This document shows positions 1 to 13,200 of a stretch of 64,000 nt of DNA, one piece after another; position 1 is the first letter of the stretch; each line of letters begins with the position of its first letter. The notes under the pieces were generated by a model. It saw nothing but the letters and a program-made list of their open reading frames with translations. It did no database searches and was not told where the DNA came from. The position numbers and the translations under genes were made by a program. Origin of the DNA: Pocillopora damicornis (lineage: Eukaryota); NCBI RefSeq assembly GCF_003704095.1, contig NW_020845812.1:372001-436000 (forward strand), read 5' to 3'.

Positions 1-80
1 CATTTCATTCTTTTAGCTTGCGCTTCACGGTCGCTCCCGCACCTCGCTGCGCTTAAGTAAATCAAGCCCGACAAGTGAAT

Positions 81-129
<49 letters not shown>

Positions 130-234
130 TGTAACAGGGTAATTAAGTATTATCAACTGAGTTGAGAACATAAATTGGCCACCGTAAAGAGTTTAAAAGC
201 TGACGTTTCGAGCGTTAGCCCTTTGTCAGAGCGA
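81..234 (-). mobile_element. Penelope-like non-autonomous repeat end with a degenerate minimal hammerhead motif (199-232)
   Basis: Shares AAAGGGGGTAAGTTTCTAAA-AAACTGTGGTGCTGCGT with 44653 and TATCAACTGAGTTG...AAAGAGTTTAAAAGCTGAC with 18864 and 32651. Minus strand reads GCT-CTGACAA-A-GGGC TAAC GCTC-GAAA-CGTC-AGC (G8 changed to A). Confidence 0.7.
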
Positions 235-406
235 CAAGGTCCATTTTGTATTTTTGGTTCTACGTTAGGGGGCGAACTCTCAAAGGAATCATCATAAACC
301 CTGTTATTCGCCCTCAGCCACATAAAATCAGATCAAACCTTCAACCCTGTCTCATTGTACGATACTTGTGCGTCATTTTGTTACATTCTTCATCTTTCAT
401 TTGCAG

Positions 407-3400
407 AGTCGATTTGCTTCCCTATGACCTCATCACTCAGCTCTTTCGTATCTTGTCTGTGGCTTATGACAGTAAAGGTAAACATACTCTAAGTGGTAAT
501 TATTGTGAAGTCTGCCTTACCAGAATATTTGTAGCATTTCAACTGGTACGGTATGTGAAACCATTTGTTTACCTCATCAAAAGTTAAGTTTGTAAGGTTA
601 TACATTTGTTGAGGATTTTTCCCTCTCTCTCCACCCTTCCGCTTCAGGCACAACGACGTATAATCAGGATCCCACTGAGCTCCAGATATCAGGTTAGTAA
701 GCTATTATTTTTGTCAGTAATATGTACTTATTGACTGATCATGAGTTGAGGATGGGCCGGACAGGAAAATCTCTGGTTTTCGGAAATGACGCATGCACTT
801 AGCTACGTCATAACCGAGAGCCAAATGTTTACCCGTCTGGTCTGACCTAACGACAACTGAATGAAAGAATTTTATCATATGTCCGCTGCTCTTTGAAGTT
901 TCTCTTTCTTGCTTTTTTCCTACACTGTGCAAGTCACGGGGCCGGACGGAGGGTCACACATTAGTAATTCCTCAACGGATGTTTTTTGTTTTTCAGGACT
1001 TGAAGCCTTCTCGTTTGATTACGTGGTGAAATGGCCCGTTTCGTTAATCCTCAGCAAAAAGGTAAGAATTAAACTTCTCTCGTGTTAAAAAAAGTATTTC
1101 AGAGTCTCCATGAAAAGTAACGTTTTACACGGACATAAAATTCAAACTCCATGGTAACATATTTCGCTTCATGAGTCGAAAAATGGAACTGGGATACTAA
1201 AATGTTAAATTGCGAGGAACATTTGGCCCGCATTACTCTCCTCTTTTCTTCGTTTTACTTCACCTCCAATAAGTCACATATTCAAACATTGGTAATGCGC
1301 TGTATTCCAATAAAAGCTCCTTGTTTTTTGTCGTTTTTGCTCACTGATCAATTATTTCATTTTGTTTTTTTGTTTGTTTGTTTATTTGTTATGAAGGCTC
1401 TCACGAAATACCAGATGCTGTTTAGACATTTATTTTATGCCCGTCATGTTGAAAGACAGCTATGCAAGTAAGAACCACTTCACCTGCTTTGCATTTTTTT
1501 TTCCTTCCGAAATTGCAACAAGCATTTTTCTGTTTATAGTATTAATTTTGTGGGTGTTTCGTCAGTGATAACGTTTTTGGAAATAATTACGTTCAATCGC
1601 GCATAGAGTGCATTTCGATCGAGTGTCGCAAAACCAAAGGCTAAGCAGATCAAAGGATGATATAACCAAGAAGCCGTGCGAACTCAAAGTAAGAACAAGC
1701 AGACTGCCTTAAATGCGAGAAACCAGGAGTGACCAAGTCGCGATTGGTTTTAATTTCCTTCGATTGGTTGAGAGGATGGCGCAAGTTTTCTGGGCCAATC
1801 ACAGAATGTAAAGCAAAAACAAAGCAATGCTGGATTACTTTTAATACTCAGCTGAAAATTGCCCTTATAAAGTGTGATTTCGGACTGATGTATTCCTTAT
1901 TTTTCAGTGTTTGGGTGAGCAATAAGCGAGCAAAGCAGTTTACTCTGAATTCTTCCCCATGGTGAGTTATGACGCTTATTAACTAAACGTCCGGTCTCTT
2001 TCATGTTTGAAATGTGGAGTACGCTGCACATCATAGTTGGTGCATTGAACGCCAGACCGATAGGGCGAACTACTCTACTGTTACACAAACTCCCCACCCA
2101 CGGGTGTTAATAAAGGAATATAGATGAGCACTTGCAAACTGTTTAGGAAACCCTGAAAAATAGCAAGGGCTGGGTGGAAGCGGGAGGGTGGGTATTTTAT
2201 GTTACCCAAACATAGAAACTAGAATTAGCTTCTGTAGGTTTTTCCTATCAGTTATCTTGTTTTTAGACTCTATCTTTACAGGCAAATGTTTAATGCAACG
2301 TGATGCATGTTCTCAATCGCCGTTGGGTGGATAACATACTTTGAGTTTTTTTTACAATGAAAGAACACTTGGTTCCTTCAGCTTCTTCTGTTTGAAAACA
2401 ATGAGGAAATAGTTGTCGTTTTGCTCATCTGGTTATCACGCTGACGCCAATATCTTACTCATCGCTAACACTGTTTTGTTACGTCAGGTATGCAGCTGCG
2501 TTTGCTCTTCGTCAGCGGATGCTGCACTTTGTACAGACATACGAGCACTATATGATGTTTGAGGTTCTGGAGCCCAGCTGGCATGTTATGGAGAAAAGTC
2601 TTAAAACGGTATGATACACAGGGAGAGCGCTCTTTAATGGATTAACAAGTTTACTAGCCATGAAAACGCTTTGGCTCAAGAGCAAGGGTTAGAAGTTTAT
2701 TTGTGTTTGGGGAGGCCGTAAGTTTACGGTTTTTAGGCCACAGTAAATTTCGATCTACTCTTCAGTGCCAGTAGACTCGCATTCTTCCGTAATCAATGGG
2801 AACTCCATGTGAAATGCTGTAAAATTCTTAAGCGGGTTTCTTTTCTAACTTTTCTTTATCTTGCTGTGGATAAAAAAAACCATCTTCTCGAGTTTCACTT
2901 GGTTTTTCCTTGTTTACAAAGATATTCCTAAAGCGACGTCTGGTCAATTGAACTGTCCTCGAAAAAATTCGCCTCGGTAATTTGCCTACAGAAGACTGAA
3001 TTTGTCCTCATTGTGAAATGGAATTGCAAAGTATCTCAGACTAGGAATGCCGTGATTGGTTTAGTTTTTATAGTGATAGCCTAGCTAGAACCTATGACCA
3101 AATAGTTATCAAACTCAGCAAAAATGAAATCGAAGTGCAAAATGTACAAGATGTTAATAGAATTCGCCTTCCTTTTTTTACTTACTGGGATAAGGCTAGC
3201 TAAGAATGCAGCGAGTTTTCATAGCTGGAAGTCAACTGCGGTTTGTTGTCTTTTTGTTTACACAGGTTACAAATATCGATGGTGTACTAGAAAAGCACAA
3301 CGACTTTTTGGACCGCTGTTTGAAAGACTGTATGCTGACAAATATAGAGCTGCTGAAGGTGAGGGCAGCAACGTCATGCAAACGGTTTGATTTTAGAGGA

Positions 3401-4963
3401 AATAGTTGCGAGGGGATCCGAAGTAGCTTTCAAAAAACCCCGCCTAGACTAGTTTGAAAGGTCGCAGAGTCTCAACTGCACGATGCTAACCATGTAGTTT
3501 TTTTGGTAATGCGGATATAATATGATAAGTAACGTGGAAAGTGTTCAAAGTATGATCTGAAGAGGTTTGGAATGCATGTTTACCCACAGGTTACATTTAC
3601 AAAGCTTTATCGTTCTGTGGCAGGTTGTTAGCAAGTTAATGCTGGTTTGTGTGACATTCACGAATTGTATGCAGGTGAGGTATTAATATGTTTTCTACAC
3701 ACACGACCCTCTTCTAAATTTTGGCGGTTTATGTGTTTGGCTTTTCGGTAGAGTGTGCAACGTTTTATTCAGATACGTCCGGCAATTCCTTCCAAAGCTT
3801 TAGAAAGGGTCAAATTAACAATTCCTTATATGTTCCATTGTAAGCGGTTCACCCAGAGCGCAAGCGTGGAATCACAGGAGACCGATGCTACAGGAGTGAG
3901 TCCAATGAGTAAGAAAGGTCCACCACCGGGAGAACAAGAGAAGCGTAAAACTACTGCAAAGGTACAGGAGTCATTTTTAATGGGTTTGCAGTGGATCAAG
4001 CACGTACTTTAGAATCAAATAACACGACTCAGATGGTGAAACCCTGTGCTTCCAGACTTCCTGGTTATCTAAATGGTTATTTTTTACGAACAATTTCAAC
4101 GATAAACAAATTAAAGAATGTGAAAGCAAAGCCGAAACATGGTCGTGTTACCTATGACTTTCAAGTTCTCCGAACCTTTCAATCTCGTCGCCCTGAGGAG
4201 TGAAGTCTTTTCTTAAAATAGACTGACAAAATCAATCGAATTCATTGGGCCGGATAGTTTTCTTCGAGCGTTTGCCAGTCCCCTTCCCCTCCCCACCCAC
4301 ATTGTACTTCATCATGGACAATTGTTGGTTCTTGTTCCACGTAGGTTGTGTTTGATCATGTTGACCAAATGATCAGTGGCGAGGATTTTGAACGCACCAT
4401 TCAGAACTTCGACAATAATTTTTCTCGTCATTTGATGGACTTGTTGGAGAAGCTTAGCCATTACTCTACAACAGACTGTGAACATCAAATGCTGAATATC
4501 ATCGCCCGGCTGGATCACAATGGATATTACACGGCGCAATTAGAGAAATACGTTGCCCAAGGTAAACCCAGCTAGTCTGACCATTTTTTTTCTATTTAGA
4601 ACCTCCGACTTTAATTTCGCTACGATACCATGTGTTTTGTTGAGACGGCCGAATAAAAAATAGCTGTTCCCAAGAGAAATAAATTGTTGGTTTAACTTTT
4701 CCTCCTGGTTTTTTTTTTTTTTTTTTTTTTTTTTTCATTTACTAGAATCCGGTGCCCTTAGTGGATCCTCGGAATCAAAGACTGCAATCAAGTCTTCCTC
4801 GTCATTACTCTCAGCCTCAGTTGATAATCTGGCGGATGTTCCCATCGTTCCAGCTCATTTACGTTCGGCAGTTTCTTTGGAACAGCTGCAAAACGGGCAG
4901 AGCTACTTAGCTAAGCCAACATCCTTACCTGACCTGTCGGACGGGAGAGCAAAGAAGAAATAG
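407..4963 (+). CDS. TUBGCP2: Gamma-tubulin complex component 2, 3' part (5' end outside window). Exons 407-477, 648-692, 997-1061, 1397-1467, 1908-1961, 2488-2608, 3266-3358, 3624-3674, 3845-3961, 4345-4561, 4746-4963
   Basis: Phase-consistent GT-AG splicing gives [16 protein letters not shown]...[60 protein letters not shown]...[13 protein letters not shown]...[35 protein letters not shown]...[10 protein letters not shown], which matches the GCP2 C-terminal half as I recall it. The last exon is inferred from splice sites and reading frame only. Confidence 0.95.
1604..1867. repeat. Interspersed repeat (MITE-like) in a TUBGCP2 intron; related fragments near 56520-56666 and 59830-59947
   Basis: Shared motifs GATTGGTT...CCAATCAC...AAAGCAAAA..AATGC..GATTACTTT; the ends are imperfectly complementary. 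Confidence 0.45.
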
Positions 4964-6680
4964 TAAACATTTCGTATGAAATGATCACTTAGAACAGTTT
5001 TCTTCATGTATTATGGGGGGGATGGGGGGAGGATAAATATCGCAATGTCCCGTGAGGACCATCAGTAGTAAGCGGTTATTAAATGTTCATTAGCAATGGA
5101 ACGACGCAGTGGTAGCATTTAATTGAACCCTCAACGTCGCTAAGGGTGAAAGTGGTGATACAATCTCATGCAAAGCCTTTTGCCTTCTTTATCTTGGCAA
5201 CGCATTCTGCATTAGAAAGAGGTTTCACGCTTTACTAGGAAAAGAAACTCAGGAATATTCAGTCCACCTTTCTAATCGATCTGTTTTTTCTAAGACATGA
5301 TCAATTAAAAAACTTTTGAAAATTCAGTTTTTGTATTCGGTCTTGGATAAGGTATCCTTCAAAAGAAATGTCCGTGAGTCGAATAGAAAAGAAAATGTAG
5401 TATTTATTACCAGGAGAACATCGCTTTGTTACATCTTTGTATCATTCTAACCATGACATCATGTTACAGTATGAGGGACTATTTTCGTTAGTATTTTGTA
5501 CATAGTTCTTGGATTGAAGTTATGTTAAGGGTCTACATTAAAATCTACTCTTTCAAAAAAATTGGTACTTGCCTGTGTGTAATCTCTCAAAGATGATGCT
5601 CTGCAGGGAAATGTATCTAATTTCAAAATTACTGCATGAGGAGCTATGTTAAGTAGCGTATACTTTCGATTTTTACTACTTGCAGTCAAGCCTCAGGGTT
5701 AAAACATGTTTAGCTTGTGTTTCATCTTAATTTGTGTATCTTTTTCGGTTCCTTAACTTTGTATTGGGTCGAAAAAATATCTTCGCTGAGAGCGACTGAG
5801 AGGGACTGTTTCTTATTACCTATTATGACAAAGAGGTCAAAATTACTAACTGCTGATTGGCCTAGACAGAGGGTGTTTTTCATTGACTTTGTTAATTGCC
5901 TCGACAAAGTGATTTAAGAGATAAACTTTGAAATTCAAACTCCGCCTGCATTATCCTTACAGTTCATGCTGCATTTAATCATTGTTGTATTCGGTTTTTA
6001 CTTCAAGTGCGCTTTTAACACTTCCACCCTCTGCTTGGATATCTCCAGTTGGGAACTTAAATTTGCATTGCGTGAAAAATAATTAAGAATGCAGGGTATG
6101 AAGTGCGTATACAACTGAAAAATTGTGAGGGGTTATATGGTAGTTTTTAATACATTAATATTTAACATTTATATTTTAACAACTATTCACTGTTTTAGTG
6201 TATACTTGAGCAAATTGGCTACTATGAACAGTTTCTAAATCTGACATTTCGAGCGTTAGCCCTTTGCGTCTTATTTCGGACAGTCCATTCGTGTATCGGA
6301 TGCATCTAGAGTTCTGAATAGTTTTCTATCTTTCGGAAAGAATTGTCCATTCTCTAATTGCCCTGTGATGGTTTCGTCCAATTATTTCGCCTGATTTCGA
6401 ACGGTTCTCTCCAGTTTCTTCTGGTTTCCGTCATTTTCTTCTTTTCGAACACTTAGGTTTAATTTTCGTATGATTCATTACTTTAAGGTATTAATGTGAT
6501 TACTGGCTACGTACTAGGTGGTTTTCAGTCAATAATTATTATTGATCGGCGGAAGCAATAACCTCGCCTTGAGGGTTTCTCGGTATCCTGTCGCTGCTAT
6601 CTACCGAAACCGCAAAACCCTGGGAACGAGGAAGCTCAGAAAACTGTCCCACGATTCTTTGCAGAGAAGCTAAATGCAAG

Positions 6681-8312
6681 ATGGCGAAGGCTAAGGAGGG
6701 AACCGCTTCCGGAGTTTCAGACCATTTGGCTGATTTTGTCGGTACTGAAATTAATTGCCCTGTTTGTTTGGAAGTATTTGACGATCCCAAGTGCCTTCCC
6801 AACTGTGCGCACAATGTCTGCGTTACATGCCTCGGAAACTTAGCCAGACGAACCCGCAGGAAGAGTACGGTGGAGTGTCCTGAATGTCGCACCAAGTCAA
6901 CGGTTCCATTGTCTGGAGTTACCGGTTTCCCCACAAACCACTTGCTTAAACGGCTCGTAGAGAACTCCCCTGAACATAGGGGAAGGCGTGCATTTGACAA
7001 AGCTCTTGAATGTTACAGAGAACAAAGGGAAAAGATCAAGGAAGAGTTCCAAACTCTCACAACCTTTCGAAGGATTCTTTTTGAAGAGAGCAAGAAGGAA
7101 ATGAAAGATCAAATAAAATTGGAAGCTAAACGTGTAAGGAAACTAATTGACAAAGAAGAGAGAAAGCTATTGTCTCAAGCAGACGAGATCTACAATGAAA
7201 AGTCTGACCAAAGTCAGTTTGGAAAGAAACTAGAAGAGGTCAGACAGCTCAATGCTAAAGTTTTAACCTCCCTGGAAGGTGCTGACAAAGTTAAAGAGGA
7301 ACGCGACTGGAAGAAATTTCAGAAATCAAGAGAGATCTTTGAAAAACAGTTTCAAGATAGTCTTAAGACTTTGGAGGCCTCAATTGAAAACTTGAGCAGT
7401 ATGCAGTGGACAGCTACTGCCAAATTTAATGCAGGAAAATTGGACAAATCTAGCAAAATCCTGGGGTTAATTTCTTGTGATCCATGTAAAAAAGCTGCTA
7501 CCGGACCAGCAATTGCATTGGGTGATGATGAAGTCATTCGTGTTATTGACACAGACTTTGTTCCAACAGCATTATCTGTTTCTCCACATACAGGTGAGAT
7601 TGCCGTTCTTGATGCAGAAAACAACTGTGTTCATATTTTCACTGCCACTGGAGATCACCAAAAGCAATTTGAGATCAAGTATGGTGATCTTAAGGAAATT
7701 ACGTATTCCAAGAATGATGACATTGTGGTTCTGAACCAAGAGAAGAATCGCCTTTTACACTTTGACAAGGATGGTGCTTTCATACACAAGTTTGTCCAGT
7801 CTCCCAACAGATCAGTGAGGTTTCAGAAAGTAACAACAGGTGGGGATGGGTGTTATGTGCTTACAACCCTGACTGATGATGGACCTGGTGTTGTTGTGTA
7901 TGATTCTGAAAGATGCCACAAGTTAGCATTCACATCAACTCACTTTCAAGGCAACACATTGGCTGCAGTGCATCTTAAAGATAAGTATTATGTCACTGAC
8001 TGCAGCAGCACAATCAAGATCTTTGACAAGAAAGGTAAATTTCTTCAAGAAACAAAGAATCTCGGTGATAGTTCCAAAAGTCCCTCTAAGCTCTACTCAG
8101 TGGCTGTGGATGATGCACATGACTGCCTTGTCTGTGTTTCTAAGCAGAACAACCAGAACACAATCCTTGCTGTGAAAACTGATGGCAGTATTGTGTCCAA
8201 GACTCCTATAGGTGGTAGTCTCAATTCTATTGCAATGTCCAAAGGATTTGACAGTTTGGTGGCAACTTTTCATGAAAAAAAGTGCATTCAAATTTTACCC
8301 CACAAAGTTTGA
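6681..8312 (+). CDS. TRIM-NHL-like E3 ubiquitin ligase: RING-HC, coiled coil, NHL-like beta-propeller; 543 aa, single coding exon, no B-box
   Basis: C3HC4 RING CPVC..CAHNVCVTC..CPECR followed by the GFPTNHLLKRLVE linker typical of TRIMs; K/E-rich coiled coil; C-terminal repeats (PTALSVSPHTGEIAVLDAENNCVHIF, YYVTDCSSTIKIFDKKGKFL). Start context AAGATGGCG. Confidence 0.88.
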   Translation: MAKAKEGTASGVSDHLADFVGTEINCPVCLEVFDDPKCLPNCAHNVCVTCLGNLARRTRRKSTVECPECRTKSTVPLSGVTGFPTNHLLKRLVENSPEHRGRRAFDKALECYREQREKIKEEFQTLTTFRRILFEESKKEMKDQIKLEAKRVRKLIDKEERKLLSQADEIYNEKSDQSQFGKKLEEVRQLNAKVLTSLEGADKVKEERDWKKFQKSREIFEKQFQDSLKTLEASIENLSSMQWTATAKFNAGKLDKSSKILGLISCDPCKKAATGPAIALGDDEVIRVIDTDFVPTALSVSPHTGEIAVLDAENNCVHIFTATGDHQKQFEIKYGDLKEITYSKNDDIVVLNQEKNRLLHFDKDGAFIHKFVQSPNRSVRFQKVTTGGDGCYVLTTLTDDGPGVVVYDSERCHKLAFTSTHFQGNTLAAVHLKDKYYVTDCSSTIKIFDKKGKFLQETKNLGDSSKSPSKLYSVAVDDAHDCLVCVSKQNNQNTILAVKTDGSIVSKTPIGGSLNSIAMSKGFDSLVATFHEKKCIQILPHKV

Positions 8313-10135
8313 GGAGTATTTTTTTCAAAACCTTTGAAATTCAAACTCTGCTCAACTCATCCTCACAGTTAATGCTGCCTTCCATCATTATTGTACTCCA
8401 GTGATCAGAAAAGCTGAAATTATGGATTTCTTGAACAACTCAGTTTTTACTTCAATTCTGCTTTACATTCCACTGCTGTAAATGGATCTGTAGATGGGAA
8501 TTAAATATAAAGTAAATAAAGTGGGTATAAGACTGAAAACCTATCAAAGATGATATGTTTGGTGGTAAAATAACTACAGCAACTGTTTATCACCAGATTG
8601 CTTGACTTATTGGAATGGTTGTATAGAAGAGCTAATAGTGTTTTTTTTTAGTTAAACTAGATGTAAAGCAGAGAAAATTTTCTTTGTTTACAAGAAAATA
8701 TCTCAGCATAATTCAACAACTAAACTCTCCTAATACCTGAAATTTCAGATTTACAAATTGGAAATAATATTAATCTAATTTCAATTTTGTTTAATTTATT
8801 TTCTGATAATAAAAAGTTTGAATTCCTGAGGGGGAAATCCACTAACATGGTACATAGAAGAGTGTTCTGTAAATCAAATTGTAAATGAAATTGTTCTAAC
8901 CTCACATTATATAAATGCTGCCCTGTGGACAGGTAATGAGAATGAAGGAAATGGTCACTTACTTAAGATGCTCTTCATTTTCACTACTGTATGAAATGTA
9001 AAGAGAACATTTAAAAGAATAAGCTCACTGTTTGTAGGGCATAAAGGGTTTGTGCAAAAAACCAGAGGGGACTGGTAAAGTCTGTTGATTGTTAACAGAT
9101 AAAAATAAGTGCAACATGGTATGAGATAGGGGATCAATTCCAATCATTTTGATTGTGGAACACATTTCTGTGGGATCCAAGAGCCCCAACTTAAGCTTAT
9201 GCTGTATCAGCTACACTACAAAAATCTAGATTCTTATTTTTAAAAAAAAGCTTGAGTGATGTTCACTTATCTATAATCTGCACAGGAAAATGTTAAGTGG
9301 TGACATTGCCTCTCATGTTTACCAAACTCGTTTCTAGATACATGTTTGGGTTAATAATCACACAAATACTAGTGCAATTTGGTATAAGTTAAAATGAGTA
9401 AGTTTTTTAGGTTAGTAAAATTGCACAAGCCTCCTAACTATGGACAGAAACAGAAAAAGAGTGAAATTTTGACAGTGCCCTTTAATTTTAAATACAGGTA
9501 ATTCAACTGATTCGTTGAAACATTAAAAGTTTGTCAAAATCAAACTTTAATAAGATTATCATTTAAAAGTTATTAATCAAACCAAGAATGTAATATTTTT
9601 TATTAGATAACTTCAATTTCATTTTCCAAGAAACCTTGGCCTTGTTTGATGACAGTGAATGAAAGGATCTATTTCAAAACAGTAAATGATTTAAACCGGC
9701 TAATTTCTAGAAATTTTCTTGTACAACTATTTTTACAAGAGACTATAGTTCAAATAAAGGTTCTCCATTATTCTGTCTTCATTTCTTTGTGTCCTCATTC
9801 CTTTTGCTTCACTTTTTCTTGCCTGACTGTCATTAAGGGAACACTTCTATAACGTGAACTCTTGAAAGGCCTCCCCCTTCCCTCAGAAGGCACATTTTTA
9901 TTTGCTCCTAAAGATTAAGTACAACTTAACATGGTTTGATATTCGGGGTCCTGCGATTTTGATATTAAGTATCTCGTGTAGGCTGAGTTACTGGACCGGA
10001 AGCACGTGTGGTTATCACCGTTGTTTTTAAAATCTAAATGTGAATAAAGGCGTACTATGCTGGGCGTGGCTCCCTGAGGTCGATGTGCCTCAGTTCCTTT
10101 TATTTCCTTTTATTTCCCTTTTTTTGCGCTCTTCA

Positions 10136-10221
10136 GGCGAGTGGAGGGAAGCACGAGGCGAGTACGAGAAAGGCGGGAGGCGAGTGGAGGGAAGCACGAG
10201 GCGAGTACGAGAAAGGCGGGA
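10136..10221. repeat. Exact tandem duplication of a 43-bp purine-rich unit
   Basis: GGCGAGTGGAGGGAAGCACGAGGCGAGTACGAGAAAGGCGGGA occurs twice head-to-tail. Confidence 0.9.
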
Positions 10222-13200
10222 GGGGCAAGACACACACAAGTGGATGTCTTTATTCGCGCTCCTCCCTTTGATCGTGTATCATCCCTCGCATTTTTTTCGC
10301 ACTTGATTCGCACTTTCGTCTTATCGCGCAAAAAATGAAACCCTTTCCACGAGCTTAAGTGCTACAATGAATAGAATTTTCTCCTAATTAGTCTTGGACA
10401 AGGACCCTGAGAGAATAGATCTTTCGTAAAAACCTAACAAATTCCTTTAAGTTCACCCCCATCAGAAGAGAATTACGAATAATTCTTTAGACATCCACAC
10501 AATTTCAAATTCACGAATAGTTTAAATCAGTTTCGTCCGACTGATCACACAGTTCTCACATAATACCATCTAAAATGAAATTAAGGTCCATTTTTTCCCC
10601 GTCCGGCATGCAAATTCGCTAGTCAGAATGCCTTTCATTCACTGTTAATTCTTAAATAGCTGAATTAGCGTGCAAACAAAACTCCGCGAAAAATCTGTGA
10701 CGTAGGAGCTGATAATTGGCTGCAGCTACTAATCCATATTCATCAGCAGTTGTAGAATTTTCAGCAAACCATGCTGCCTGTCGAAGGACGAAGACGTGCT
10801 TCCGAAGTGCTAAAGATTAAGTTGCAACATCGAAGGAAGAAGGCAAGTGGCATGTAAGGACGAGCAAAGAAAATTCAGTCTTTGTTATTAAAGCAGCAGG
10901 TGAGCATTTCCTTACAAAAATATTGCCTTGAAACCTTTCAGAGAGCTAAACGAGTTGGTTGCTTGATGTAAGCGGTTCTGAAATCGACGTTCGACGGAAT
11001 TAGGGTGTTGGCTTAGGGGCAAAGTAACACGTCTGGTTCTAGGATATTCTTACCGAAACGCTGTGATAAAAGACTTTTAGCTTGTAAAATCTATTGGGGA
11101 CTTCATTTTGTTTTAATGCAGCCACGTGGAGGTGTGATGACTCTTCTGCTCAGTAGTATTTGCTTCATTGCAAATAAAAATTCGAAAAGTCACGCAATGA
11201 AATTATACATAAATTGAAGTTTGTATAAGATTGTTCGACTTTGTAGAAATTAAACATTCCCTGATCACATTCATAATCTCTTCTTTCTGGAGGAACAGTG
11301 TCAAATGGATGGATGAAGAAAGATTCTGGTCAAGAGGAGAAAATCAGTGGAATCACTTCAGTTTTATTGGATACAACAAAGATAAGAACTTTGAAAGTTT
11401 TGAGTTATAGAAGCAAAAAAATGTGGCTTTTTATGTCTCATTATTGTGCGAGGTCTTCATTTTATTCATCAAATGTCATGGAATGGATAAAACTGGTTAC
11501 CTGGTAAGTGAATAAATTTAATTAGCCGCCATTTTTTAAATAGTTTGTTGTGGTACGGATTGTTTTGCGGACTTTGAGCGATCGTTTGATTGATTTGAAC
11601 AGCTCGTTATGATTTGGTGCAATTTACTTTGGACAATATCGTTACATCGAATTAACCAAAGGTATAATTTGAATTCTATGTCAATCGAACCAGAGAAATT
11701 TGGAACTAAAATTGCTAATTTGCAAGTACTGATCGCTCAGTGTTGATTAACAGTCAGCTGGTATAGCAGCTATATATTCGTTGATGTTGCACAAAGGTGA
11801 TATTTGATGAGGTGGCACTTCGATAAAAGATCTTGGTCGAAGACCAAGTGAAATTCAGAATTTGAATTTTTTGATGAGGTAATAAATCTTACCTGATAAA
11901 TTACATCGACTTACAAACCACTCTACAGGCTGCTATGCTGCTTTTTATCAAGTTTATATTGCACAAAATATCTTGAATGACTGAATTTGAAAAGCCAGTT
12001 TAAAAAACCAGGACAAGATCCCTCACAAAGGCGATGACAAAAACTTCTAACCAACGGAGCCATTAACAGACCAAACAGAACAAATTAAACTGATGTTAGA
12101 AATGACGTTTGAAATTTTGGCAAGGCCAGTAAATTTCTCTAGAAAAACATGCGAATCAGAAATGCAAATTAAACAAAAGTAATTCGGTTGATATTTTACC
12201 AAATCAAATCAGTTATTTTTGTTTTGTTGTGGAATACTTTCGCATATTTCTCATTAGAACAGGGGAATTTAAGGAATTCTGAACGTACCGTATACTGCCG
12301 CTTTTAGGCCAATCTACCTGGAAACAACAAAATACAGGCTCCTCGGGATGTACCCCCCCCCCCCCCCCCCCCCCAGATAGCTACTATGCCCTACTTCTAA
12401 CAAAGAAAGCATGAACAGTTTATAATCTCTTGTTCTTATCAAAGATGAACTTCATAGAAAAATCTGAATTAACTTCCGTTTTGTTAAGTTCCATTTTTTT
12501 TTTCTGTTCAAAATGTAACGAAATAAATTTGATTTACTATGACGTTTTCGGACTGAATTGAAAAAATGTAAATGCAGACCTATTTTGATCATCACTTCTA
12601 TAGCTTATTTCGAAGTGCCTTTTTCGATTTTGGTTAAAAGCTCCCCACGACTTATAAGCGGCAGTTTACGGTATTTCCTTATTACAGAATTGAATTCGTA
12701 TAGAAAGTTCGTTGATTTTTCGTAAACTTTCGAAGCGAACCAAAAGAGTAGTTGAAAGAAAATGGATTTACATTGAGTAAAGATTTACATTGAGTAAAGC
12801 ACTGTCTTTTTGCTGAGTTAAATTCATCAATACGGACTTCTTAGATAATCGAAAAAACTTTAAATTAGGTTGCACTCCATAAAGTAATCACTTGCTGCTC
12901 TTTGGACCAGGCATTTGGTTTTAAAATATATCTTATAGATAAATTATTTACTAGTTATTTCAAGTGGAAGTAAGATCTTTTGTACAGCCACTCGGTGTAA
13001 CACAGGAATACAGAAAAAAAATGATTGAAAAAAATTCAAGTTTTAATATCAAATTGAGTATACTATTGCAATAAAACAGAGATTGAACGCTTCTAACGAC
13101 TACATGTTTTAGAACAATTCGCGGCAGGAATTTATCGTAAATAACTTGAAAATCTATTAGCCCCTGACTTAGTGGCTAAAATAAAATGGTCTGTTCCAAC

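Noticed and set aside
6539-8291. Antisense and alternate-frame ORFs over the TRIM-like gene; similar ones over the GPCRs, TMTC2 and DERA (e.g. 39817-40314, 63400-63789)
   Set aside because: Shadows of real coding sequence, often with non-ATG starts and no recognisable motifs.
10040-10338. Four overlapping ORFs with repeated peptides
   Set aside because: Produced by the 43-bp tandem duplication in a GC-rich repeat.
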